Source of the DNA: Cyclobacteriaceae bacterium
GTDB lineage: Bacteria > Bacteroidota > Bacteroidia > Cytophagales > Cyclobacteriaceae
DNA length: 64,000 nt
Direction of reading: 5' to 3'
Assembly (NCBI GenBank): GCA_029858965.1
Contig: JAOUDZ010000008.1
Location: 19,971-83,970, forward strand
Below, piece by piece: positions 29,343 to 38,609 of the stretch (position 1 is the first letter of the stretch; each line of letters begins with the position of its first letter). Made by a program: the position numbers and the translations under genes. The notes under the pieces are model-generated. The model was not told the origin of the DNA, did not search any database, and saw only the letters and a list, made by a program, of their open reading frames with translations.

Positions 29343-31691
29343 ATGGTACGAACTGCTTATTTAATATTGATAATAAGTTGTATCCTAGCCGGATGCCTGC
29401 AGCCGCCAGCAATAGCTCAATCAAGCAATTCAAAACGGGAAAAAATTCTTCAAGATATTTTGAAGATCGTTGACACTACTTACTTCCTTAAGAATACATA
29501 TTCATGGCGCGCTACCCTCGAAGACAGCACCTGGATGGATTGGCTGAAGCGTACGGGTGAATTGCCCCCTGATTTTGAGCAGATGCCATCTTCGCCCTTT
29601 TTACCAGAGCCATTGCTGCTTAATAAACGAGGTATCGATATGCCAATAGTTACCGAGGCGCAGTGGCAGGAAAAAAGGGCATGGATTAAAAATGAATTCC
29701 AACATTGGGTCTCAGGGATCGCCCCACCTCCCCCGGAAAGGTTTGAGACATCCATACTTTCAGACAAGATGGAAGGCGGATCGCGCATCCAAATGATTGA
29801 GTTGAAATTTGGGCCCCAAAATAAAGCGCGCATGACGCTTGAGTTGATGATCCCGGAAGGAAAAGGTCCTTACCCGGTTTATCTCACACAGTGGAATCAT
29901 CGCAACTGGGCTCAGCTGGCTGTCAGGCGCGGGTACATTGGGTGTGTATATGCAGCGGCAGATGCTAAAGATGATACACAGGCCTATCAGGCTTTGTACC
30001 CTGCCTATGATTTTACCGCCTTAATGCGACGTGCGTGGGGGGCGTCCCGCGTGGTTGATTATCTACTTACCCGTAAAGAGGTTAATCGCGATCAGATAGC
30101 CGTCGCCGGTCATTCCAGAAATGGAAAACAATCTTTGTGGGCGGCAGCTTTTGATGAACGTATTTCAGCTGTAATATCTAGCAGCAGCGGAACGGGCGGA
30201 GTTGCACCCTGGCGATATGGTGACCCTCAGTACGACAGCGAAACGCTGGATATCGTTACAGGCTTTAACCCGCAGTGGTTTCACCCGCGCCTCCGCTTTT
30301 TCTTTGGACGAGAAGATAAACTTCCTATCGACCAGAACTTATTACTGGCTTTGATAGCCCCCAGGATCGCACTGTACCATTACTCTACAGTCGAACAAGA
30401 ACTCAACCCTTGGGCAAATGAGCAGTGCTACCAGTCCGTAAAAAAAGTATACAACTTTTTGGGCGCTGAGGAAAACCTCGGCGTATTACCAAGGATGGGG
30501 GAGCATGAAGTGGCCTCGCGCGATCTGGAACGTTGCATCGACTTCCTCGACATCCGTTTTAATAGAAAAAAGATACCCTGGGAAAACAAACTGTATTTTG
30601 ATTATTCATACGCCAACTGGGCCCGTGACCACAAAGCAGACAGCATCGCGTCACGAAAAATAAAAATGGCTAGGCTTCAGGTGCAATATGCCGATACGAT
30701 ACAGTATAACACTCAGCGGAAAATGATTCTCGCCAACTTACGATGGCTTCTTGGAGAAGAGCCATCCGGCGTCAAACATGCCGGCAAGATCGCAGGGACT
30801 GAAGGCGACTGGATTGACAAAATTACCGGTCGTCCGAATGTAACCGGAGCCGGCATAACCTACATCGGACCGCATTCTTCTATTGGGGATAATTTGAAGG
30901 GTATGTTATATTTTCCCGTTGATGCCGCTGGAAACAAAGTGCTGAAATTCGGCGCGAAAATTCCTGTGGTTGTCTTTCTACATCAATATTCACATGGCCA
31001 TGGTTTTGCAAAAGGATATAGCCTTGAGCTTGGTCGCGGAAATGATCTTTTTTTTCAGGTACTGATTGACAAAGGTTTTGCTATTCTGGCCATCGATATG
31101 TTCGGCTTTGGCACAAGGATGGAGGAAGCCCAGTATTTTTACCAGCGCTTTCCAACCTGGTCAAAGATGGGGAAAATGGTAAGTGATGTTGCTGCCTGTA
31201 CAGATGCACTGCAAGAGTTTGACTTCATTGACAGTAGACATATTTTCTTGCTGGGAAATACAATTGGTGGAAGTGTTGCGCTGATGGCAGCAGCACAGGA
31301 TAAAAGGATAGCTGGTGTGGCCGTAGTATCAGCTTTCTCTCCATGGCGAGCCAGTAACAAAACACATGAAAGCCTGAGAACCTACTCCCACCTCCATGGA
31401 TTCCTTCCCAGGCTAGGATCATTCGCTGAAAACCCAGCGGATTTACCACTTGATTTTGGAGAGATTATTTCATGCATTGCGCCAAGGCCACTGTTCGTTA
31501 TATCGCCTGAGCTGGATCGCTATACAGACCTCGATGAGGTAAGAAATACAATGAATTCCGTTACAAATGTTTACGGTTTATATGGAAAACCGAATCATCT
31601 GCTATTTCAGACTCCGGTTGAAATTAACCGAATAACACCGAGGATGGAGAAAGAGATAGTGGATTTCTATTCCGGTATTTTGAACGAGTAG
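29343..31691 (+). CDS. Two-domain alpha/beta hydrolase: CE15 glucuronoyl-esterase-like domain plus a second hydrolase domain
   Basis: AWGASRVVDYL and GHSRNGK (CE15 motif) at 30108-30128; the second domain has a GNTIGG elbow at 31254-31271; lipoprotein-like signal LAGC. Confidence 0.7.
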   Translation: MVRTAYLILIISCILAGCLQPPAIAQSSNSKREKILQDILKIVDTTYFLKNTYSWRATLEDSTWMDWLKRTGELPPDFEQMPSSPFLPEPLLLNKRGIDMPIVTEAQWQEKRAWIKNEFQHWVSGIAPPPPERFETSILSDKMEGGSRIQMIELKFGPQNKARMTLELMIPEGKGPYPVYLTQWNHRNWAQLAVRRGYIGCVYAAADAKDDTQAYQALYPAYDFTALMRRAWGASRVVDYLLTRKEVNRDQIAVAGHSRNGKQSLWAAAFDERISAVISSSSGTGGVAPWRYGDPQYDSETLDIVTGFNPQWFHPRLRFFFGREDKLPIDQNLLLALIAPRIALYHYSTVEQELNPWANEQCYQSVKKVYNFLGAEENLGVLPRMGEHEVASRDLERCIDFLDIRFNRKKIPWENKLYFDYSYANWARDHKADSIASRKIKMARLQVQYADTIQYNTQRKMILANLRWLLGEEPSGVKHAGKIAGTEGDWIDKITGRPNVTGAGITYIGPHSSIGDNLKGMLYFPVDAAGNKVLKFGAKIPVVVFLHQYSHGHGFAKGYSLELGRGNDLFFQVLIDKGFAILAIDMFGFGTRMEEAQYFYQRFPTWSKMGKMVSDVAACTDALQEFDFIDSRHIFLLGNTIGGSVALMAAAQDKRIAGVAVVSAFSPWRASNKTHESLRTYSHLHGFLPRLGSFAENPADLPLDFGEIISCIAPRPLFVISPELDRYTDLDEVRNTMNSVTNVYGLYGKPNHLLFQTPVEINRITPRMEKEIVDFYSGILNE

Positions 31692-31810
31692 TCACGATAG
31701 CAATGACACATTCGATAAACTCATGATTTTTAGATCTTCCTGAGCGATTCGGTGGTGCGCGACAAAGCCAAAAAGATTGTATAATTGCTAAACTGAAGTA
31801 AATTTTTAAA

Positions 31811-32563
31811 ATGAATATAATAATTAGTCAGGATCAGTCTGAAATGGGTAAGGTTGCCGGCGCCCGTGCTGGAGATATTATTCGTACCGCAATAGCTGAA
31901 AAGGGAAGCGCGAATATTATTTTGGCGACGGGCACCAGTCAATTTGAAACATTAAATCAACTTGTCAGTGAGCCGGATGTCGATTGGCGTAAAGTAGTTA
32001 TGTTTCATCTTGATGAATACATTGGATTATCCATTACACATCCGGCAAGTTTCAGGAAATACCTAATGGAAAGATTTCTGTCGAAGGTCCCTCCGTTAAA
32101 AGCAGCACATCTTATCAACGGTGAGGTTGATCCCGTCGCAGAATGCGAACGTCTTAGTGAGTTAATTTCGAAACACCACATTGATGTCGCCCTCGTCGGC
32201 ATTGGTGAGAATGGTCACCTGGCATTTAATGATCCACCAGCTGATTTTGAGATTGCGCAACCCTATATTGTTGTGGCACTGGATGACACTTGCGTTCAAC
32301 AACAGTTTGGTGAGGGCTGGTTTCCAAGAATTGAGGATGTGCCACGGCGTGCGATCAGCATGTCTATAAAGCAAATCTTGAAATCAAAAGAAATAATTTG
32401 TTCGGTGCCGGATAGCAGAAAAGCAAAGGCAGTAAAGAATTGTTTGGAACAACAAGTAAGCAATCTTTTTCCCGCTAGTATTCTGCAAATGCATCCGCGT
32501 TGCACAATATATTTGGACACAGCTTCGGCTTCGTTACTTACTCCTGAAATCGGTGCAAAGTGA
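31811..32563 (+). CDS. nagB: Glucosamine/galactosamine-6-phosphate deaminase-isomerase family
   Basis: ILATGTSQ, FHLDEYIG, VGIGENGHLAFNDPP, AISMSIKQI. Confidence 0.82.
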   Translation: MNIIISQDQSEMGKVAGARAGDIIRTAIAEKGSANIILATGTSQFETLNQLVSEPDVDWRKVVMFHLDEYIGLSITHPASFRKYLMERFLSKVPPLKAAHLINGEVDPVAECERLSELISKHHIDVALVGIGENGHLAFNDPPADFEIAQPYIVVALDDTCVQQQFGEGWFPRIEDVPRRAISMSIKQILKSKEIICSVPDSRKAKAVKNCLEQQVSNLFPASILQMHPRCTIYLDTASASLLTPEIGAK

Positions 32564-32608
32564 GGCGTCAAATTATTAATTCATTTTTTCAATCAGAGGT
32601 ATTTAAAC

Positions 32609-33955
32609 ATGCGTAAATCTGTATCCACTGCAATAGATGTTAGTTCATTAACAAAGCGAGACACCATTATTTCGATTCTTATTATCGGCCTCTTGTTTTT
32701 TATTTTCGGTTTTGTTTCCTGGGTAAACGCTATTCTCATTCCCTATTTTAAGATTGCATGTGAGCTCACCAATTTTCAATCCTACCTTGTTGCTTTTGCG
32801 TTCTACATTTCTTATTTCATCATGTCTGTCCCATCATCCTACCTATTAATGAAAGTTGGGTTTAAAAAGGGTATGATGATTGGATTCTGGACAATGGCAT
32901 TAGGCGCCTTCATCTTTGTGCCTGCGGCATATATGCGAACATATGAAGTGTTCCTATTGGGCTTGTTCACGATAGGAATAGGCCTTGCTATACTGCAAAC
33001 CGCGGCCAACCCATACATAACTGTTTTGGGTCCGAAAGAAAGAGCGGCGCAGCGCATCAGTATCATGGGCATTTGTAATAAAGGCGCAGGTATTTTGGCG
33101 CCACTGCTCTTTGCCGCCGTTATTTTAAGAGCTACGGATACCGAACTCTTCCAAACGCTGGCAACGATGACCGAAGTAGAAAAGAATGCGGCGCTGGATG
33201 AATTGATTAGAAGAGTGATTTTTCCATATGCATGTGTTGGTACCGTATTATTTGCGCTGGGGTTAATGATTCGGTATTCTCCCCTTCCCGAAATCAATAC
33301 TGAACATGAAAGTGCGGAGGTTGCAACAGCCAATCTATCCAAGAAAAGCATATTTGAGTTCCCTCACTTGATTCTTGGCGCCATTGCCATTTTTCTCCAT
33401 GTTGGCACGCAGGTCATCGCCATTGATACCATCATTGGATATGCAAGTTCCATGAAGATTAATCTGCTTGAAGCCAAAGTGTTCCCGTCCTACACGCTTT
33501 TCGCAACAATTTGTGGATATATCCTGGGCATTATATGCATACCAAAATTTATCAGTCAGGTGAATACACTGCGCTTTTGCACCATGCTGGGTACAATACT
33601 TACGTTGCTCATCATCAACGTAAGTGGAACAGTAACCTTTTTAGGTCACACTGCAGACATATCCATCTGGTTTGTCGTCCTATTGGGATTTGCAAACTCG
33701 CTGGTTTGGGCAGGAATATGGCCGTTGGCGCTGGATGGCTTGGGTAGATTCACGAAGGTTGGTGCTTCTGTAATGATCATGGGGTTGTGTGGCAATGCAA
33801 TTATGCCGTTATTCTATGGATACTTTGCAGATTTACACAATGTGCGCTTTGCCTATTGGGTCTTGTTTCCTTGTTATATTTTCCTTGTATTCTATGCTAT
33901 TTATGGGCATCGTATTCGAAGCTGGACAAGAACAAGCGTAAGCGCAAAGGCGTAG
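32609..33955 (+). CDS. MFS sugar transporter, FucP/GluP family
   Basis: FFIFGFVSWVNAILIP, LQTAANPYITVLG and HVG-Q motifs; about 12 TM helices. Confidence 0.9.
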   Translation: MRKSVSTAIDVSSLTKRDTIISILIIGLLFFIFGFVSWVNAILIPYFKIACELTNFQSYLVAFAFYISYFIMSVPSSYLLMKVGFKKGMMIGFWTMALGAFIFVPAAYMRTYEVFLLGLFTIGIGLAILQTAANPYITVLGPKERAAQRISIMGICNKGAGILAPLLFAAVILRATDTELFQTLATMTEVEKNAALDELIRRVIFPYACVGTVLFALGLMIRYSPLPEINTEHESAEVATANLSKKSIFEFPHLILGAIAIFLHVGTQVIAIDTIIGYASSMKINLLEAKVFPSYTLFATICGYILGIICIPKFISQVNTLRFCTMLGTILTLLIINVSGTVTFLGHTADISIWFVVLLGFANSLVWAGIWPLALDGLGRFTKVGASVMIMGLCGNAIMPLFYGYFADLHNVRFAYWVLFPCYIFLVFYAIYGHRIRSWTRTSVSAKA

Positions 33956-34000
33956 TCCTACAGGGGAAAAATTATGCTTAACCATTTGACTATTTTCTAA

Positions 34001-35206
34001 ATGAACCAGGCAAGACTAAAAATATTTAATGGAAAGGTCATCACGCCATACAGGATAATTCCTGCAGGAACTGTGCTTATCACAGGAAACAAGGTTACTG
34101 CGGTAAGCGACAGAAATGAAACATTTGACAATGCTGTTGAAATTGATGCAAAAGGAAAATACATAGCACCTGGCTTTGTTGACATCCATGTGCACGGCGG
34201 CGGGGGGCATGATTTTATGGATGGTACGGAGACCGCCTTTCTGAAAATTGCTGCCTTGCACGCGAAATATGGAACCACCTCCATGTTGCCAACAACACTT
34301 TCCGCAAGTCCGGAAGAGTTGATCCAAACGTTACATGCGTATGAAAAGGCCAATGAAAAGAATGCAGACGGCGCACAGTTTATAGGGATGCACCTGGAGG
34401 GTCCCTACTTTGCCATGGCGCAGCGGGGTGCGCAGGATCCCCGATATATCCGCGATCCTGATCCCGTCGAATATGCAGAAATACTATCGCGTTTTTCTTC
34501 TATTAAGCGCTGGAGCGCAGCGCCCGAACTAAAAGGTGCGATAGAATTTGGCCGCTACATGAAATCACATGGTGTCCTGCCCGCAGTTGCGCATACCGAT
34601 GCAATTTATGAGGATGTATTGTTGGCTTTTGAAAACGGATTTACACTGGCTACTCATTTGTATTCCGGTATGTCCGGCGTGACGCGAAAGAATGCCTTCC
34701 GGTACGCAGGTGTAATTGAAAGTGCATTCATCATTGATGAAATGGACGTAGAGATCATAGCGGATGGTATTCATCTACCCCCACCGTTACTAAAACTGGT
34801 CTACAAAATTAAAGGGGCAGACCGAACAGCATTGATTACCGATGCAATGCGGGCGGCCGGTATGCCTCCGGGAGAGAGTATGCTGGGGAGTTTGCACAAC
34901 GGGCTGAAAGTAATTGTGGAAGATGGTGTGGCAAAGTTGCCTGACCGTGGTTCTTTTGCCGGTAGCGTAGCGACTGCAGACCGGCTGATCAGGAGCATGG
35001 TGTTCGCAGCGGACGTACCCCTGCTGGATGCTATCAAGATGATCACCAGTACACCCGCACGCATTCTTGGGGTATCCGACAGGAAGGGATCACTCGTTGC
35101 CGGGAAAGATGCGGATATCGTGATTTTTGATGACAACATCAATATCGAAATGACGATCATCGCAGGGAAGATAGTGCATACCAGACAAGAAGAGCTTTCT
35201 CGGTAG
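34001..35206 (+). CDS. nagA: N-acetylglucosamine-6-phosphate deacetylase
   Basis: PGFVDIHVHG, HLEGPY, AHT, THLYSGM, IADGIH, ITDAM, AGSVAT, GKDADIV. Confidence 0.93.
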   Translation: MNQARLKIFNGKVITPYRIIPAGTVLITGNKVTAVSDRNETFDNAVEIDAKGKYIAPGFVDIHVHGGGGHDFMDGTETAFLKIAALHAKYGTTSMLPTTLSASPEELIQTLHAYEKANEKNADGAQFIGMHLEGPYFAMAQRGAQDPRYIRDPDPVEYAEILSRFSSIKRWSAAPELKGAIEFGRYMKSHGVLPAVAHTDAIYEDVLLAFENGFTLATHLYSGMSGVTRKNAFRYAGVIESAFIIDEMDVEIIADGIHLPPPLLKLVYKIKGADRTALITDAMRAAGMPPGESMLGSLHNGLKVIVEDGVAKLPDRGSFAGSVATADRLIRSMVFAADVPLLDAIKMITSTPARILGVSDRKGSLVAGKDADIVIFDDNINIEMTIIAGKIVHTRQEELSR

Positions 35207-35254
35207 GCGTGGTCTTTGATCTTCTAAATATTCAAACGACAAACATCATAAATC

Positions 35255-37075
35255 ATGATAATCAGAAGCTGTTCAATTTTCTGCGTTATTTTTTTTCAAA
35301 GCCTGCTGGCATTTGCACAAAACACAGCCTACACGTGGTGGAATCCTGCAAAGAATGCATACCCGGTAATTGAAGGGCAGGCCTGGCCGAAAGAGGTTCA
35401 AAACCCTTATGACCGCTTTCCGGCGAGAGCAGAAAAAACTGTCAGGGAAGATGTTTGGAATTTGTCACATCACTCTGCGGGACTGATGCTGCGGTTCAAG
35501 TCTGATACCGATCAGATTATTGTGCGCTACAAAGTGACTGGGCCGCAAGCCATGCCGCACATGCCTGCCACCGGCGTTACCGGTGTTGATCTATACGCCA
35601 TAAATGCTGATGGGAAATGGTTATGGTGCGCAGCAAAATATGCGATGGGCGATACAATCGAATACCGGTTCAGCGGCCTGGAACCAAATGATACCTACCA
35701 CAAGCAAGGACGTGAATACCGATTGTATTTTCCACTTTACAACAGCATTGTGTGGATGGAAATCGGCGTACCCACAGGAAAGCAATTCAACCCTTTGCCC
35801 ATACGTTCGGAAAAACCGATTGTGGTATATGGTACGTCCATTGCACAAGGGGGCTGCGCCTCTCGTCCTGGAATGGCCTGGCCAACTATTGTAGGTCGCG
35901 CACTTGATCGTCCATTGATTAACCTTGGTTTTTCTGGCAACGGAAGATTGGAAAAAGAGGTCATTGAGTTGCTGCGAGAGATCGATGCCAAATTGTATAT
36001 TCTGGATTGCCTGCCAAATCTGGATTGCCTGCCAAATCTGGATGCATCAAATCCGCTTGCCGCCCAGGAAGTTCGTGACAGGGTTCTACAGTCTGTCAGA
36101 TTACTCCGCGAAAAAAGAAAGACGACGCCAATCCTGTTGGTAGAACATTGCGGCTTCAGCGATGAAGCGATTAACCCTAATAAGCGTAGACTATATATGG
36201 CCCTTAACCAGGCTCAGCGTGAAGCATTCGAGCGCCTGAAATCGGAAGGTGAAACCAACATTTACCTGCTATCCAAGGAAGATATCGGACTGCCGCTCGA
36301 CGGGACGGTAGACGGAATTCACCCCAACGACCTTGGTATGCAAGCATATGCCAATGCCTACGAAAAGATAACTCGGCAGATCTTGATGGAACCAATTGGT
36401 GTGTACCCCACAACGCAACCAGTTATTCAAAGCCGAGACGCAAAAGTATATGATTGGGACCGCCGGCACCAGGAGATATTATCGCTTAATAGAACCAATC
36501 CACCGCGGATAATTTTCATGGGTAATTCCATTACCCATTTCTGGGGAGGAGAACCCAAGACATCCATTGCAAACGGTGTTGATTCCTGGCATAAATTTTT
36601 TGAGCCGTTAGGGGTCCGGAATTTTGGGTACGGGTGGGATCGAATTGAAAACGTGTTGTGGAGAGTGTACCACGATGAATTGTCCGGTTATGAAGCCGAT
36701 CAAATTATCATACTCATTGGCACGAATAACATATCGATTAATCCTGATATCGAAATTCTTGAGGGATTAAAGTTCCTGACTGAAGCGATCAAGGTCCACC
36801 AGCCGCACGCTGACGTTCTGTTGTTGGGTATCTATCCCCGTAGAAATGATGAGGACAAAATTACTGAATTGAATCAAGGGATCGTAGCAGTTTCAGGTTT
36901 AATGAACGTCCGTTACCTGGACGCAGGAAGAGTGCTGCTTGGAGAAGATGGAAAGATCAATGAAGCATTATTTACAGACGGGTTGCATCCAAATGCGGAA
37001 GGATACAGAAAATTGGCTGAACTGATTACAGCTTACATAAAGCCTATTAACAACCAGTCTAAGGTTAAGAAATAG
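35255..37075 (+). CDS. Tandem SGNH/GDSL esterase (GxDLY N-terminal domain plus two SGNH domains)
   Basis: GVDLY, YGTSIAQG, DGIHP (domain 1); MGNSITHFW, GTNN, DGLHP (domain 2). Confidence 0.88.
   Translation: MIIRSCSIFCVIFFQSLLAFAQNTAYTWWNPAKNAYPVIEGQAWPKEVQNPYDRFPARAEKTVREDVWNLSHHSAGLMLRFKSDTDQIIVRYKVTGPQAMPHMPATGVTGVDLYAINADGKWLWCAAKYAMGDTIEYRFSGLEPNDTYHKQGREYRLYFPLYNSIVWMEIGVPTGKQFNPLPIRSEKPIVVYGTSIAQGGCASRPGMAWPTIVGRALDRPLINLGFSGNGRLEKEVIELLREIDAKLYILDCLPNLDCLPNLDASNPLAAQEVRDRVLQSVRLLREKRKTTPILLVEHCGFSDEAINPNKRRLYMALNQAQREAFERLKSEGETNIYLLSKEDIGLPLDGTVDGIHPNDLGMQAYANAYEKITRQILMEPIGVYPTTQPVIQSRDAKVYDWDRRHQEILSLNRTNPPRIIFMGNSITHFWGGEPKTSIANGVDSWHKFFEPLGVRNFGYGWDRIENVLWRVYHDELSGYEADQIIILIGTNNISINPDIEILEGLKFLTEAIKVHQPHADVLLLGIYPRRNDEDKITELNQGIVAVSGLMNVRYLDAGRVLLGEDGKINEALFTDGLHPNAEGYRKLAELITAYIKPINNQSKVKK
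36001..36043 (+). repeat. In-frame 18-bp tandem duplication (about 2.4 copies)
   Basis: TCTGGATTGCCTGCCAAA twice plus TCTGGAT, giving LDCLPN-LDCLPN-LD. Confidence 0.95.
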
Positions 37076-37122
37076 ATAATTTATTTTCCATCGGTTGGCA
37101 GCTATAGCCAGTAAGCAAAGCC

Positions 37123-38568
37123 CTAGACTGACGTCGGGTTGATCAATAAATCCTTAATCGCTTCACCTTTGCCATCCGGTGTGGTGAAAAAAGGACGCTC
37201 CTCAATTTCATATTGGGTGTCCGGAGGTATGCCCAGGGCATGGTATATCGTTTGGTGGATCTGGTCAATCTTTACAGGATTTTCAACGGACTTGCATGGT
37301 CTCTCATCAGCCGTTTTGCCGTACACAAAACCTTTTTTGATTCCGCCACCAAACATCAGAATGGAGCAACCGTCCGTGAAGTGGCGGTGCATACCGTAAA
37401 ATTTTAATTCGGACAAGACATCGGGTTGATTTACCTGTTCCAATACTGTTGCGCCGGGTCTACCTTCCACCATCATATCCCGGCTGAATTCGCTCGCCAG
37501 GATAACTAACGTGCGGTCTAGTCTACCGCTCTGATCCAAATCTTTAATCAATTGTGCAATGGGAGCATCAATCATTTTCTTCATATCCACCATACGCGTG
37601 TGCCCATTTTCATGGGTATCAAACCCCATAAAAGGAACGTATTCCGTAGTGACGCTGATAAATCTTGCCCCATGTTCCGTGAGCCGTCGGGCAAGAAGAC
37701 ATCCCAATCCAAACCTGCCGGTATTGTAGGTATCATAAACTTCCTTTGGTTCCTGACTAAGGTCGAATGCTTTTGCTTCCGGCGAATTGAGCAACATGTA
37801 GGCTTGCTCCATGGATCGTTTCAACGATTCCTTTTGATAATCAGTACCAAATTCAGCCACAGGGCTTTTGCTTATGAGGTCATTGTACAACTGATTGCGA
37901 CGCTCAAATCGTGTAGCATCCATACCCACGGGAGGTCGTACACTTTCCAATCCCTGGCTTGGATCAGGTATAAAGAAAGGTCCATATTCATTGCCCAGGA
38001 AACCAGCGGTATGAAAAGCTTTTAACTCTTCCGCCTCACCCACGTCAAAGCGCTGTCCAATATCAATAAAGGCAGGTATCACCGGATTTTTCGGCCCCAA
38101 TTCCTTAGCAATCCATGAACCGATATGCGGAGCGGCTACGGTTTGGGGTGGTTCATAGCATGTGTGCCAATGATACTGGTGCCTGGAGTGCAGGATGTGT
38201 CCCATATCTGCCGCCACATAGGACCGTATTAAGGTGCCTTTGTCCATTACGCTGCCAATAGACTGCAATCCCTCAGAAAACTGTATGCCATCCAACGCCG
38301 TAGGAAAAGAATTGAACGTGCTCAATACCCTGTTTCCTTCCATCCCTTTTTCAAAGGGTGTGTATTGCTTTGGGTCAAAGGTTTCCGTATGCGCCATGCC
38401 GCCAGCCATCCATAACAGTATAACCGTATCTGCAGTTGATTGGCGGATCGGAGATTTCGAAATGCATCCATTCAGCAAACTCGCCACAGGCGAACTTGCT
38501 GCCAATGCCGCAAGCGTTGCTGCACTTGAGGTCCTTATAAATTCCCTTCTATTCCAATCTGCCTTCAT
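37123..38568 (-). CDS. DUF1501 family protein, TAT-exported
   Basis: NRREFIR; LLWMAGGMAHTETFDPK, CLLARRL, FDTH, SEFSR, GGGIKKG, IHQTIYHALGI. Confidence 0.9.
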   Translation of the reverse strand: MKADWNRREFIRTSSAATLAALAASSPVASLLNGCISKSPIRQSTADTVILLWMAGGMAHTETFDPKQYTPFEKGMEGNRVLSTFNSFPTALDGIQFSEGLQSIGSVMDKGTLIRSYVAADMGHILHSRHQYHWHTCYEPPQTVAAPHIGSWIAKELGPKNPVIPAFIDIGQRFDVGEAEELKAFHTAGFLGNEYGPFFIPDPSQGLESVRPPVGMDATRFERRNQLYNDLISKSPVAEFGTDYQKESLKRSMEQAYMLLNSPEAKAFDLSQEPKEVYDTYNTGRFGLGCLLARRLTEHGARFISVTTEYVPFMGFDTHENGHTRMVDMKKMIDAPIAQLIKDLDQSGRLDRTLVILASEFSRDMMVEGRPGATVLEQVNQPDVLSELKFYGMHRHFTDGCSILMFGGGIKKGFVYGKTADERPCKSVENPVKIDQIHQTIYHALGIPPDTQYEIEERPFFTTPDGKGEAIKDLLINPTSV

Positions 38569-38609
38569 GATATACTAAATTTACGCAATTCGTCGGTTTC
38601 TGCCAGTCG

